Part shown: one piece after another, positions 1 to 8,366 of the stretch
How positions within the stretch are numbered: the stretch's first letter is position 1
How the letters are laid out: the number at the start of each line of letters is the position of its first letter
Origin: Promethearchaeota archaeon
Lineage (GTDB): Archaea; Asgardarchaeota; Lokiarchaeia; Sigyniarchaeales; SOKP01
Length of the DNA stretch: 18,486 bases
Assembly: GCA_048939015.1 (NCBI GenBank)
Contig: JBHLPW010000008.1
Coordinates: 1-18,486, forward strand
Direction of reading: 5' to 3'
Notes under the pieces: model-generated
What the model saw: the letters and a program-made list of their open reading frames with translations, nothing else
Database searches by the model: none
What the model was told of the DNA's origin: nothing
Translations under genes and position numbers: made by a program

Positions 1-506
1 CCTATAGTTCCAGAAGCCCCTCTGATTAGTACTGTTTGTCCTTTCTGAATATTTGCTTTTCTAAGATAGTGCAATGCTTCAAGTCCACCAGTAGGAACTG
101 CAGCTGCTTCCTCATAACTCATATTATCTGGCTTTATAAGGATAATCCCGTCTTCAGGTAAACATACATACTCAGCATAAGCCCCGAAATTAAAACCTGT
201 AGAAGCAAAAATTGGGTTACCTTTCTTAAATAGCTTTACCCCACTACCTACTGATTCAATTTCTCCAGCTAATTCCTGTCCAAGTATATTATGTTTTTTT
301 CTTGGTCTCCTGAAACCTATTCCAAGGCGCATAAGGAATTTCAACCAGCCAGAGAATTTGAGACTTCGCATCTCACAATCACCCATTGTTACAGTTGTCG
401 CATGTATCTTTACCAGAATTTCATTTTCTTTTGGAGTAGGTTTTGCTACTTCTTTAAGCTGAAGAACATCTGGAGGCCCATATTTAGTGCATATAATGGC
501 TTTTAT
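1..506 (-). CDS. Zinc-independent MDR-family NAD(P)-dependent oxidoreductase (alcohol dehydrogenase/quinone reductase-like), N-terminal part; runs off the left edge; apparent ATA start
   Basis: Not in the ORF track. Manual translation of the minus strand from 506 gives [43 protein letters not shown]...[14 protein letters not shown]...[12 protein letters not shown]...[37 protein letters not shown]..., open to position 1 and colinear with the three adjacent paralogs. GGTGA lies 7 nt upstream of the ATA. Confidence 0.92.
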   Translation of the reverse strand, partial: MKAIICTKYGPPDVLQLKEVAKPTPKENEILVKIHATTVTMGDCEMRSLKFSGWLKFLMRLGIGFRRPRKKHNILGQELAGEIESVGSGVKLFKKGNPIFASTGFNFGAYAEYVCLPEDGIILIKPDNMSYEEAAAVPTGGLEALHYLRKANIQKGQTVLIRGASGTI

Positions 507-580
507 GAACTCATCACCTATTATCGTTTTTATTAATTATATTTTATCTAAAGTTTATTAATTATAATAACAATCACTGT

Positions 581-1552
581 TTATTCTTCCATAATTATCG
601 CTATTTTTCCTTTGTGGTGGCCCTCTTCAAAATATCGAAAAGCATCAGGAACCTTACTTAAGGGATAGCGTTTATCTATAACAGGGACTACTTTACCAGT
701 TTTAAGTAGATCAAGAATACAACTAACATCTTCTTCTTTGTTAGATCTCCAAGCAGCAATACTCATTTTCTTACTCCCAAATAAAGAAATAAACGGTCCA
801 AGGAATATTACTTGGAGAATTGCCTTCCCAGAGCCTCCCACCATTTTATAAATTCCCTTGGGGTTCAAACAACGCTTATAATCGAAAATTGAATGATGAG
901 CTTGCATATCAAGGATCATATCATATCGTTTTCCACTCTTTGTGAAATCTTCTTGAGTATAATCAATGACATGATCAGCACCAATCGAGTGTAGCATATC
1001 TAATTTCTCCGAATTATCTACAGCAGTAACCTCTGCTCCAAAGTATTTAGCAATCTGCACCGCATAAGAACCCATCCCTCCTCCTGCTCCATTAATTAAA
1101 ACTTTTTGTTCTGGCTTAAACCTTAGAATCTGTTTCTTATTCCGAAGACCTTGAATTGCTGCGACTGCCGATTGAGGTATTGTTGCTGCTTCCTCAAAAG
1201 TTAAATTCTCTGGTTTCAGTCTTAAAAATTCCTCAGGAACACATACATACTCAGCGAAGGCACCATGACTTACTAATGAAGTATCCCCAAATACTTCATC
1301 ACCCTTCTTAAATTGCTTTATATTCTTACCAATTTCATGAACTTTCCCAGCTAAGTCGGTTCCAAGTATCGGGAATCTAGGTTTGCGCATAAAAGGTTGC
1401 ATTTTGCCTCTCATTATTTCAACGTCCATCGAATTTAGAGAAGATGCATGAATCTTTACCAGCACTTCATTTTCACGAGGAGTAGGTGTCTCGACCTCTT
1501 CGAGTTTAAGAACATCTGGAGATCCAAATTTGGGGCATACAATTGCTTTCAT
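581..1552 (-). CDS. Zinc-independent MDR-family NAD(P)-dependent oxidoreductase
   Basis: [27 protein letters not shown] start, GTDLAG, GAFAEYV, Rossmann motif GAGGGMG, GADHVIDY, C-terminal GHHKGKIAI. No catalytic Zn Cys/His (GHE) motif. Confidence 0.95.
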   Translation of the reverse strand: MKAIVCPKFGSPDVLKLEEVETPTPRENEVLVKIHASSLNSMDVEIMRGKMQPFMRKPRFPILGTDLAGKVHEIGKNIKQFKKGDEVFGDTSLVSHGAFAEYVCVPEEFLRLKPENLTFEEAATIPQSAVAAIQGLRNKKQILRFKPEQKVLINGAGGGMGSYAVQIAKYFGAEVTAVDNSEKLDMLHSIGADHVIDYTQEDFTKSGKRYDMILDMQAHHSIFDYKRCLNPKGIYKMVGGSGKAILQVIFLGPFISLFGSKKMSIAAWRSNKEEDVSCILDLLKTGKVVPVIDKRYPLSKVPDAFRYFEEGHHKGKIAIIMEE

Positions 1553-1554
1553 GA

Positions 1555-2481
1555 TTACTTTACTACTGTTATTACTACATTTCCTTTCTTATGTCCTTGA
1601 TCAACATAAGTATGAGCCTCGACAATTTGTTCCATTGGAAATGTTATATCTATAGCTGGTTTTAAATTACCTTCCTCAATAATCTCTTTTAGAAAAATTA
1701 AGTCTTCAGTAATTTCCTTTGTCGGAGATTTACTTGTAAGATAAGTTCCATCTTCCTTTAAAGCTCTTTTGCAATGTGAAGAAGAAATCTTACCTACGGC
1801 CTCAAAAACTACATCATAAATCGGACCACTATCGGTAAAATCCTCTTTTGTATAATCTATTACTTTATCAGCTCCCAGATTTTTCACCCAATCCAAATGG
1901 TTAGTACTGCACACAGCGGTAACTTCAGCCCCAAAATACTTAGCAAGCTGCACTGCAAAGGAACCTAAACTTCCAGAAGCACCATAAATAAGAACCTTTT
2001 GACCCTTCTGAATATCTGCCTTTTTAAGTATATATAGTGCAGTCATTGCCCCAATTGGGACGGCAGCGGCTTCCTCATACGATATATTGGCTGGTTTTAT
2101 TGCAACCACCCCTTGTTTCCATTCTTCAGGTAAACATACATATTCGGCATAAGCACCAAATTTCAATCCTGTGGTAGTTCCAAAAACTTGGTCACCTTTC
2201 TTAAATAATGTTACATTCTTTCCAACTTCTTCAACTTCCCCTGCTAACTCATATCCTAATATATTTCTTCTTGGTTTTCTGATACCAAATACTAATCTTG
2301 AAGCGAAAGTAAAAAAGTTGGAATCTGGGTGTTTACCGCTTCGAGCAACCATCACCCCAAATGATATTGTTGTTGCATGGACTTTTACCAGTAGTTCATT
2401 GTCCTTTGGAGTAGGCTTTTCTATTTCTGTTAGCTTAAGAACTTCTGGAGGTCCATATTTTTCATACACTACTGCTTTCAT
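1555..2481 (-). CDS. Zinc-independent MDR-family NAD(P)-dependent oxidoreductase
   Basis: [52 protein letters not shown]. The start overlaps the stop of the upstream paralog (ATGA). Confidence 0.95.
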   Translation of the reverse strand: MKAVVYEKYGPPEVLKLTEIEKPTPKDNELLVKVHATTISFGVMVARSGKHPDSNFFTFASRLVFGIRKPRRNILGYELAGEVEEVGKNVTLFKKGDQVFGTTTGLKFGAYAEYVCLPEEWKQGVVAIKPANISYEEAAAVPIGAMTALYILKKADIQKGQKVLIYGASGSLGSFAVQLAKYFGAEVTAVCSTNHLDWVKNLGADKVIDYTKEDFTDSGPIYDVVFEAVGKISSSHCKRALKEDGTYLTSKSPTKEITEDLIFLKEIIEEGNLKPAIDITFPMEQIVEAHTYVDQGHKKGNVVITVVK

Positions 2482-3440
2482 GATTCTTTTACCACCGTTA
2501 TTACGACATTTCCCTTTTTATGCCCTTTATCAACATACCTATGAGCTTCAACTATTTGTTCCCATGAATATGTTCTGTCTATAGCAGATTTTAGTTTTCC
2601 CTCTTCAACAAGCTCTTTTAGGAGTATAAAATCATCATATTTTATTTGTTTACTATCACCCGAATCCTTATTCACATTCAAATAGATTCCTTTCTCCTTC
2701 AACAATTTTTTGCATTTCGAAGGCGAAGCTTTTCCAACGGCATCAAACACAACGTCATATAACTCACCACTTTGAGTAAAATCTTCTTTAGTATAATCAA
2801 TTACCCTATCAGCACCTAACGATTTCACCATTTCTAAATTAGTGGTACTACAAACTCCAGTGACCTCTGCCCCAAAGTACTTAGCAAGCTGCACCGAAAA
2901 GGTACCTACACTTCCAGACGCACCATAGATAAGTACTTTTTGTCCCTTCTGGATATTACCTTTTCTTATTACAGTTAATGCCGTTAACCCCCCACCAGCA
3001 ACAGGAGCAGCTTCTCCGAAAGTCATATTAGCTGGTTTTGGTGCTACAATCCCATCCTTCGAAAATCTTCCTTTTTCAGTTTCTTCAGGAAAACAAATAT
3101 ACTCAGCGTAACCTCCAAAACGGAATCCTGGAGTCGCAAAAACCTGATCTCCTTTTTTAAACTTTCTTACTTTTTGTCCTATTTCTTCAACTTCCCCTGC
3201 TAGCTCGAGTCCTAGTATCTTTACTTTTTTTGGTCCTTTTAACCCGAATGATAATCGTGCGAAAAAAGTTACCAAGGGATTGAATCGAGTAAAACCATTT
3301 CGAAAAGTCCAATCGCCTTTTGTGACTGTTGTTGCATGGATCTTAACGAGCACTTCGTTTTCTTTTGGTATAGGTTTTTCAACCTCCATCATCTTCAATA
3401 CTTCAGGAGGACCATATTTTTCATATACTATAGCTTTCAT
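2478..3440 (-). CDS. Zinc-independent MDR-family NAD(P)-dependent oxidoreductase
   Basis: [52 protein letters not shown]. Start placed at ATG 3440 by alignment to paralogs; the track's GTG at 3470 would add 10 aa. Confidence 0.95.
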   Translation of the reverse strand: MKAIVYEKYGPPEVLKMMEVEKPIPKENEVLVKIHATTVTKGDWTFRNGFTRFNPLVTFFARLSFGLKGPKKVKILGLELAGEVEEIGQKVRKFKKGDQVFATPGFRFGGYAEYICFPEETEKGRFSKDGIVAPKPANMTFGEAAPVAGGGLTALTVIRKGNIQKGQKVLIYGASGSVGTFSVQLAKYFGAEVTGVCSTTNLEMVKSLGADRVIDYTKEDFTQSGELYDVVFDAVGKASPSKCKKLLKEKGIYLNVNKDSGDSKQIKYDDFILLKELVEEGKLKSAIDRTYSWEQIVEAHRYVDKGHKKGNVVITVVKES

Positions 3441-3523
3441 TTTTTTACTATTTTTTTCCATTTTTTTCACTATTTTGTTTATATTCTATGAGGTATTAAT
3501 CATTAATTATAGAATTATACTGG

Positions 3524-4189
3524 TTATGGGAGGATGACAGAATACCAGAGTAGCCATAAACCCAATGTTAGTTCAAAAATTAAAATTAGCAGCCCTCCAA
3601 TACTCCACAATGCCTTAATATCGGATTTTCTAAGAAATGATCCGCTACCTAAGCCATATATAATGCTAGCAACAATTCCAAACCATCCGAAAAATAGTGG
3701 TGCCACACCATAAATAACAAACAGGATTGAATATCCGAACGTACCAATAGAGAAAAAGAGCTGTGCAATTGCAAATCTAAACTTTTTTATCGCAAAAATG
3801 CTATTACTTGAATCAATTAACACATCTTTTTCTGCTCCACTAGCACCGGAGTATTTTATTGCTATATTTAGAAATCCCCAATAATTTTTTTTGTCATAAA
3901 TTTGGATTAAGGCTTCTATTATTCGAGATATACACCAGATACTCCCTATTATAATGTTATATGAACCAAAAGCAATTAACAACGTTAACGCAAGAACAAT
4001 TATGCCAGTGTGCTCTATAAGAATCATAAATACACCAATTTTGAATTTTGTTGGACTTTTATTAATGAACTTTAGTTGAGCTTCTGCGTCTACATCACCT
4101 AATGTTTTATATCCAAAAAGACCACTTGCTATGTTAGTGACTATAATGAATAGAAAGAAAAAACCTGATAGCCAAATTTCGATATTCAT
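3524..4189 (-). CDS. DUF4386-like integral membrane protein
   Basis: 221 aa, about 6-7 hydrophobic segments, C-terminal 'LIFELTLGLWLL' and 'FFSIGTFGYSILF...P.FFGWFGIVAS' pattern typical of DUF4386. GGAGG RBS at 4197-4201. Confidence 0.75.
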   Translation of the reverse strand: MNIEIWLSGFFFLFIIVTNIASGLFGYKTLGDVDAEAQLKFINKSPTKFKIGVFMILIEHTGIIVLALTLLIAFGSYNIIIGSIWCISRIIEALIQIYDKKNYWGFLNIAIKYSGASGAEKDVLIDSSNSIFAIKKFRFAIAQLFFSIGTFGYSILFVIYGVAPLFFGWFGIVASIIYGLGSGSFLRKSDIKALWSIGGLLILIFELTLGLWLLWYSVILP

Positions 4190-4236
4190 AGAGAATCCTC
4201 CAATATTTTATATTTAAGATATATAACAGCTTTCAT
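4186..4236 (-). pseudogene. 16-aa remnant of an MDR paralog (MKAVIYLKYKILEDSL*), probable internal-deletion scar
   Basis: ATG AAA GCT GTT ATA TAT CTT AAA TAT matches the paralog N-terminus MKAVVYEKY. Its TGA overlaps the ATG of the DUF4386-like gene (ATGA), as in the intact paralog junction at 2478-2481. Confidence 0.7.
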
Positions 4237-4391
4237 AATTTAATTCACTTATCTTTCTTTAATTTTTTTTGTAATTAATAATGAAATCACTAAGATTATT
4301 TGAATATTCTTTTATAAATTCTAAAGCTCCATTTTCCAATCCTAAACCTATGTTATTTTGCTTTAAACATTGAATAAAAAATTAAGTTAAC

Positions 4392-4646
4392 TTATTCACT
4401 ACCTCGAATCATTTTAACTACAAAAACTATAAGAAATATTGCTCCAATTGTAACACATATAATCGGAATCACCTCAGTAACGATCCCGACAATTAACCCT
4501 TCTGGTGTACTAATTGAATCTACAAAATCCTGCCAACTCAAAATATTAGGGTAATACCAACCTAATAGTGGAGGTAGTACAAACATAGTGATTATAAAAA
4601 TTACAACCAGAATGACTCCAATGCTAAATGCTGTCCATTTTTTCAT
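4392..4646 (-). CDS. Small hypothetical membrane protein (2 TM helices)
   Basis: 84 aa, two clear hydrophobic stretches, purine-rich AAGGGGGAAA upstream, co-oriented downstream of the ABC permease. Confidence 0.75.
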   Translation of the reverse strand: MKKWTAFSIGVILVVIFIITMFVLPPLLGWYYPNILSWQDFVDSISTPEGLIVGIVTEVIPIICVTIGAIFLIVFVVKMIRGSE

Positions 4647-4707
4647 AATTTTTTGCTTTCCCCCTTTTGATTCATTTAATATAATTTTTTAAAAAAAAAG
4701 ATAAGAT

Positions 4708-5463
4708 TTACCTATCGTATAACTTTACTCCAATAACATACACTACTAAAGTAATAACGGCAATCACTAGAAGGTCAACCCAAAGATTTACATCTACTAA
4801 AGTTCCTCCGTAGAATATACGGTAAATACCTGCAGAAACATAATAACTTGGCATGGCATATCCTATTACTTTTGTTGCTTCACCCATGTAGATGAATGAC
4901 CCAAATAACTGTTGGGGTACAATAAAGATAAAAGCTAAACCACCAGCAGCTCTAGCATCTTTTGCGATCGTTCCAGTAATCAATCCAAGCCCTACTGAAC
5001 AGAAACTCATAAATATCATAAAAACAAATACCATAATTACTCCTTCAATAGTAAGTATTGGATGAAAACCCATGAGAAGTGCAGTTATTAATATTATTGC
5101 GGTTTGAATAATTGGTATAATTGTATATGATAACATTTGACCGATAATTACTTCACCAGAGGTTATTGGTGTTGTTTTCATTCTTCTTTGCACTCCAGTA
5201 TCCCGGTCTCCAGTTACAGCTGATGCAAAAGTAAATGTTAATAGTATTCCTGAATAAGCAAATAATCCGGGTACCATGTGTTCAAAAATACTTCTTGGAT
5301 TCCCATATGCATCAGGTCCCCATTCATAATAATTACCTAAAGCGAATCCTAATATTACTACTAATAATGCTACGAAAAAAAGTGAGATTATTAAGTACAT
5401 CGGTGTTCTTATTAGTTTCTTCATTTCCATCTTAAAAACCGTTAGAATTCTTTGTCCTTTCAT
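4708..5463 (-). CDS. ABC-2 type exporter permease
   Basis: About 6 TM helices, 'EMKKLIR', 'VPGL', 'DRDTGVQRRMKTTPITSGEVIIG' (ABC-2 signature-like) and 'MPSYY'. Lies 2 nt downstream of the ATPase. Confidence 0.92.
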   Translation of the reverse strand: MKGQRILTVFKMEMKKLIRTPMYLIISLFFVALLVVILGFALGNYYEWGPDAYGNPRSIFEHMVPGLFAYSGILLTFTFASAVTGDRDTGVQRRMKTTPITSGEVIIGQMLSYTIIPIIQTAIILITALLMGFHPILTIEGVIMVFVFMIFMSFCSVGLGLITGTIAKDARAAGGLAFIFIVPQQLFGSFIYMGEATKVIGYAMPSYYVSAGIYRIFYGGTLVDVNLWVDLLVIAVITLVVYVIGVKLYDR

Positions 5464-5465
5464 TA

Positions 5466-6275
5466 TTATAAACCCTCCGAAATTCTTCTTCCAGTAATTT
5501 TTAAAAAGACTTCTTCCAAACTTTTAACATTGTGTTCTTCCATGAGTTTTTTGGGAGAATCCAATGCTACAAGCTTCCCATAATCAATTATAGCTACTCT
5601 ATCACAGAGAGCTTCTGCTTCTTCGATATAATGGGTTGTAAGGATAATAGTTCTATTTTCATCTTTTAAAGAACTAATAAACTCCCATGTTTTGCGTCGA
5701 ACTCGAGGATCCATCCCCACCGTTGGTTCATCTAAGAAAAGAATATTAGGCTCATTTATTAATGCAACTAATAAATTTAATTGTCTTTTCATTCCTCCAC
5801 TATATTCTTTTGCTTTCCGCTCACTGGCTTCATATAAATCTAATGTCCTTAATAGTTTTTCTACTCGCTTATTTAATTTTTCTTTCGACATCAAATGCAT
5901 ATTCCCGAAATACTCAATATTCTCTCTTCCTGTAAGAAATGGAAAAATGGCTGCTTCTTGTGGGCATACACTAATTAATTCCTTAATCTCGTCAAGATTC
6001 TTCCTTACATCATAGCCTCCAATTAGAGCAGTTCCCTCAGTAGGTTTTAATAAACCACATAACATGTTTATTGTTGTAGTCTTTCCAGCTCCATTAGGTC
6101 CCAAAAGTCCAAATAACTCACCTTTTTTCACATTAAAGGAAATACTATCAACAGCTTTAACGTCGCCAAAACTTTTTTTCCCAATAAAATGTTTCTTTAA
6201 ATCCTTAACTTCAATGGCGATTGACTCATCGGATCCAAATTTAGTTTCATTATTTTTTGATTTTATTTCTGACAT
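5466..6275 (-). CDS. ABC-2 type (DrrA-like multidrug) exporter ATP-binding subunit
   Basis: Walker A GPNGAGKTT, Q-loop CPQE, signature YSGGMKRQ, Walker B ILFLDEPT, H-loop LTTH. Confidence 0.96.
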   Translation of the reverse strand: MSEIKSKNNETKFGSDESIAIEVKDLKKHFIGKKSFGDVKAVDSISFNVKKGELFGLLGPNGAGKTTTINMLCGLLKPTEGTALIGGYDVRKNLDEIKELISVCPQEAAIFPFLTGRENIEYFGNMHLMSKEKLNKRVEKLLRTLDLYEASERKAKEYSGGMKRQLNLLVALINEPNILFLDEPTVGMDPRVRRKTWEFISSLKDENRTIILTTHYIEEAEALCDRVAIIDYGKLVALDSPKKLMEEHNVKSLEEVFLKITGRRISEGL

Positions 6276-6356
6276 TTTTTAAAAGCCAATTTTTTTAGGT
6301 AATTTTGTAGTATATTTATTTATTTAAGAATTTTTATTATTAATTATAATACAGAT

Positions 6357-6559
6357 TGGGGGCTTAAGAGTAAAGCTTCAGAAGGATTATATCTTTGAAT
6401 CCTTCAGTTTACAGTTATTTCAGAATTTTTTGGAATTCTGAGCAGTTTTTCCCACGTTTGATATGTAATCAAATTGAGAAATTGTTAAGAATACAATCCC
6501 TCTTTAACAATTCCACTTATTGTACACTTTAGTAAAATTCATTGTCAATAGGAGGTGTA
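6357..6559. repeat. Cluster of consecutive inverted repeats in a divergent intergenic region (candidate structured RNA or operator array)
   Basis: Perfect arms: GAAGGATT/AATCCTTC (6381-6388/6398-6405), TCAGAATT/AATTCTGA (6420-6427/6434-6441), TTTGAT/ATCAAA (6457-6462/6468-6473), AATTGTTAA/TTAACAATT (6480-6488/6504-6512). G-U-containing stem TACACTTT/GAGGTGTA (6523-6530/6552-6559). Confidence 0.55.
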
Positions 6560-6619
6560 ACTTATATAATTATTAAAACCTAATTATAATCAATATGTTT
6601 AATCAAGTATGTGATTATT

Positions 6620-7132
6620 ATGAAAGAAAATGAAAGTGAAATCATAACAAAAGCATATGAATTTGGTCGGAAATATGAGAGAGAAAATACAGGATGTGCT
6701 CAAACCGCGATTGCTGCTATTTTTGACGCTTTAGGAATTTGGAATGAAGACGTATTTAAAGCAGCTAGTGGATTAGCAGATGGTTTAGGTTTAACTGGTG
6801 ATGGATCTTGTGGTGCTCTTGTTGGGGCATCAATGGTAATAGGTTACCTGTTTGGAAGAGAACGCAAGGATTTTAAGGATATGTATAAACCTTTAAAATC
6901 TTACACTCTTGTTAAGGAATTGCATGATGAATACATTAAAAAATATGACTCATGTCGTTGTTTTGATGTTCAAAATAAATTGATGGGAAGAACCTATAAT
7001 CTATGGGATGATGATGAGAAACAGGAAGCTTTTAATTCGGGTATGGTGGATCATTGCTCAGATTTAGTTGGAAAAATAGCAATGATAGCTATTAAAATTA
7101 TATTAAATAATGGATATACACCCGATAAATAA
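6620..7132 (+). CDS. C_GCAxxG_C_C family putative redox-active protein
   Basis: GCAQ...GSCGALVG...SCRC...DHC Cys pattern. ATG at 6620 preferred over GTG at 6611. Confidence 0.9.
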   Translation: MKENESEIITKAYEFGRKYERENTGCAQTAIAAIFDALGIWNEDVFKAASGLADGLGLTGDGSCGALVGASMVIGYLFGRERKDFKDMYKPLKSYTLVKELHDEYIKKYDSCRCFDVQNKLMGRTYNLWDDDEKQEAFNSGMVDHCSDLVGKIAMIAIKIILNNGYTPDK

Positions 7133-7247
7133 CAGATTTTGACTTATTTAAAAAAAAGATAATTTTTCTCTTAATAGATAACACTTTATCGACTCTAAAC
7201 AATAAATCCAATTGTATTATGATATTAAGTAAAAAATTACACTATTA

Positions 7248-7712
7248 TTACAGTTTTTGCTTCAATTCCTGCGCAAATTCTTTAGCACGTTTGAGGTCTT
7301 CAGCATTTGGTCTGCCTTTATTCATTCCCCCAAAATATTTCAAGAAACTATTTGTGTTAAAGCCTTTACACTGAAAGTCATCGAGAATCATATATCCCTT
7401 GGATTGCAGTTTTTCTCTAAGCTCCGCGTGATCTTTAGTGACTTTGGATTTCCCCGTCAATGCTGCTGTTGAGAATATGAACGCTTTCCTATTATTGACT
7501 TGAGATAGTTTATCAGCAAGATCAAATATCGATTTATGGTGTTTTGCACAATATATTCCTGACCCAAAACCTACTAAAATATATTCTTGAAGCTCTTTGG
7601 GATTTAATTCCTGTGGCGTTTTTATCTGAGCCCCAAGAACTTCAGCAAAGACTTGAGCCACTTTCTCAGTATTATTATGATGATATGAGTACAAAACTAA
7701 TATCGATTTCAT
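7248..7712 (-). CDS. Flavodoxin family protein
   Basis: N-terminal FMN loop variant YSYHHNNTEKVA, GFGSGIY, AFIFST, C-terminal GRPNAEDLKRAKEFA. GAGGT upstream. Confidence 0.9.
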   Translation of the reverse strand: MKSILVLYSYHHNNTEKVAQVFAEVLGAQIKTPQELNPKELQEYILVGFGSGIYCAKHHKSIFDLADKLSQVNNRKAFIFSTAALTGKSKVTKDHAELREKLQSKGYMILDDFQCKGFNTNSFLKYFGGMNKGRPNAEDLKRAKEFAQELKQKL

Positions 7713-7828
7713 TGGTAGTTCAACCTCTTATTTAAATCTCTTTCATGATTTTAATAGAATGTTATTAAGTATAAGGTGTAAAGGATAAAAAAAATATAAA
7801 AATTGAGGTTTGAAATTTATAGTTTTAT

Positions 7829-8179
7829 TTAAGATTTGTTTTGACTTAGCTTAATAAGTCCTCCAGACAATACACCCAACAATATAGTAAGGCAAATTGC
7901 AACGACAAGAAATACCATATTGCCCGGTCCAAGTAATGCATAACCTATCCAAACAACTCCTATCCCTGCACCTAATACCCAGCCAATTACTTCTTTAGTA
8001 GTATTTTCTTTATTGCTTAGAGCAAAAAATCCTCCAGATAATGTACCTAACAATATAGTAACTGCTATTGCTATAAAAAGAAACAACATACTACCTGCTC
8101 CGAGTATGGCATAACATATCCAAATAATTGCTATGCCTGCACCAGACAATTCTCCAATTAATTTTTTAGTATCATACAT
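7829..8179 (-). CDS. Small 4-TM membrane protein made of two 57-aa tandem repeats
   Basis: TKKLIGELSGAGIAIIWICYAILGAGSMLFLFIAIAVTILLGTLSGG versus TKEVIGWVLGAGIGVVWIGYALLGPGNMVFLVVAICLTILLGVLSGG. GGAG upstream. Confidence 0.85.
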   Translation of the reverse strand: MYDTKKLIGELSGAGIAIIWICYAILGAGSMLFLFIAIAVTILLGTLSGGFFALSNKENTTKEVIGWVLGAGIGVVWIGYALLGPGNMVFLVVAICLTILLGVLSGGLIKLSQNKS

Positions 8180-8366
8180 ATCTCATATACTCCAGAAATT
8201 TTTTTTTATTTTCATTTTTGTGTTAATTTTAGTTATTAATCTTATATCTAAAAAAACATTTAATCTGTTTTGGGTTATAACTGTAAAATTATTTATTCAT
8301 AAATATAATTTCTGCCTTCATTACTTTAATAGTAAAATTTTAATCTTAAGCAAAAATCAGACAACT

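Noticed and set aside
291-536. 81-aa + strand ORF
   Set aside because: Antisense shadow of the minus-strand MDR gene at 1-506.
2171-3537. + strand ORFs 2171-2584 and 3280-3537, which resemble each other
   Set aside because: Antisense shadows of paralogous MDR genes; their similarity just mirrors the sense-strand paralogy.
5235-6282. + strand ORFs 5235-5435, 5692-6015 and 6064-6282
   Set aside because: Antisense to the well-supported ABC permease and ATPase.
6348-6370. ACAGATTGGGGGCTTA resembles the 3' conserved region of RNase P RNA
   Set aside because: No upstream GAGGAA-type 5' conserved region or GC-rich body; the upstream DNA is AT-rich intergenic sequence and the ABC gene.
6506-6545. 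Minus-strand ATGA-stem-AAA hairpin resembling a eukaryote-like (Lokiarchaeal) SECIS
   Set aside because: The 3' GA of the kink-turn core is missing (reads UGUU), and I saw no convincing in-frame UGA selenoprotein nearby.
7257-7735. + strand ORFs 7257-7472 and 7544-7735
   Set aside because: Antisense to the flavodoxin gene, with no recognisable motifs.
8133-8366. N-terminal extension of the DUF998 ORF
   Set aside because: Overlaps the divergent gene start and runs through AT-rich promoter DNA; family similarity begins at ATG 8367.
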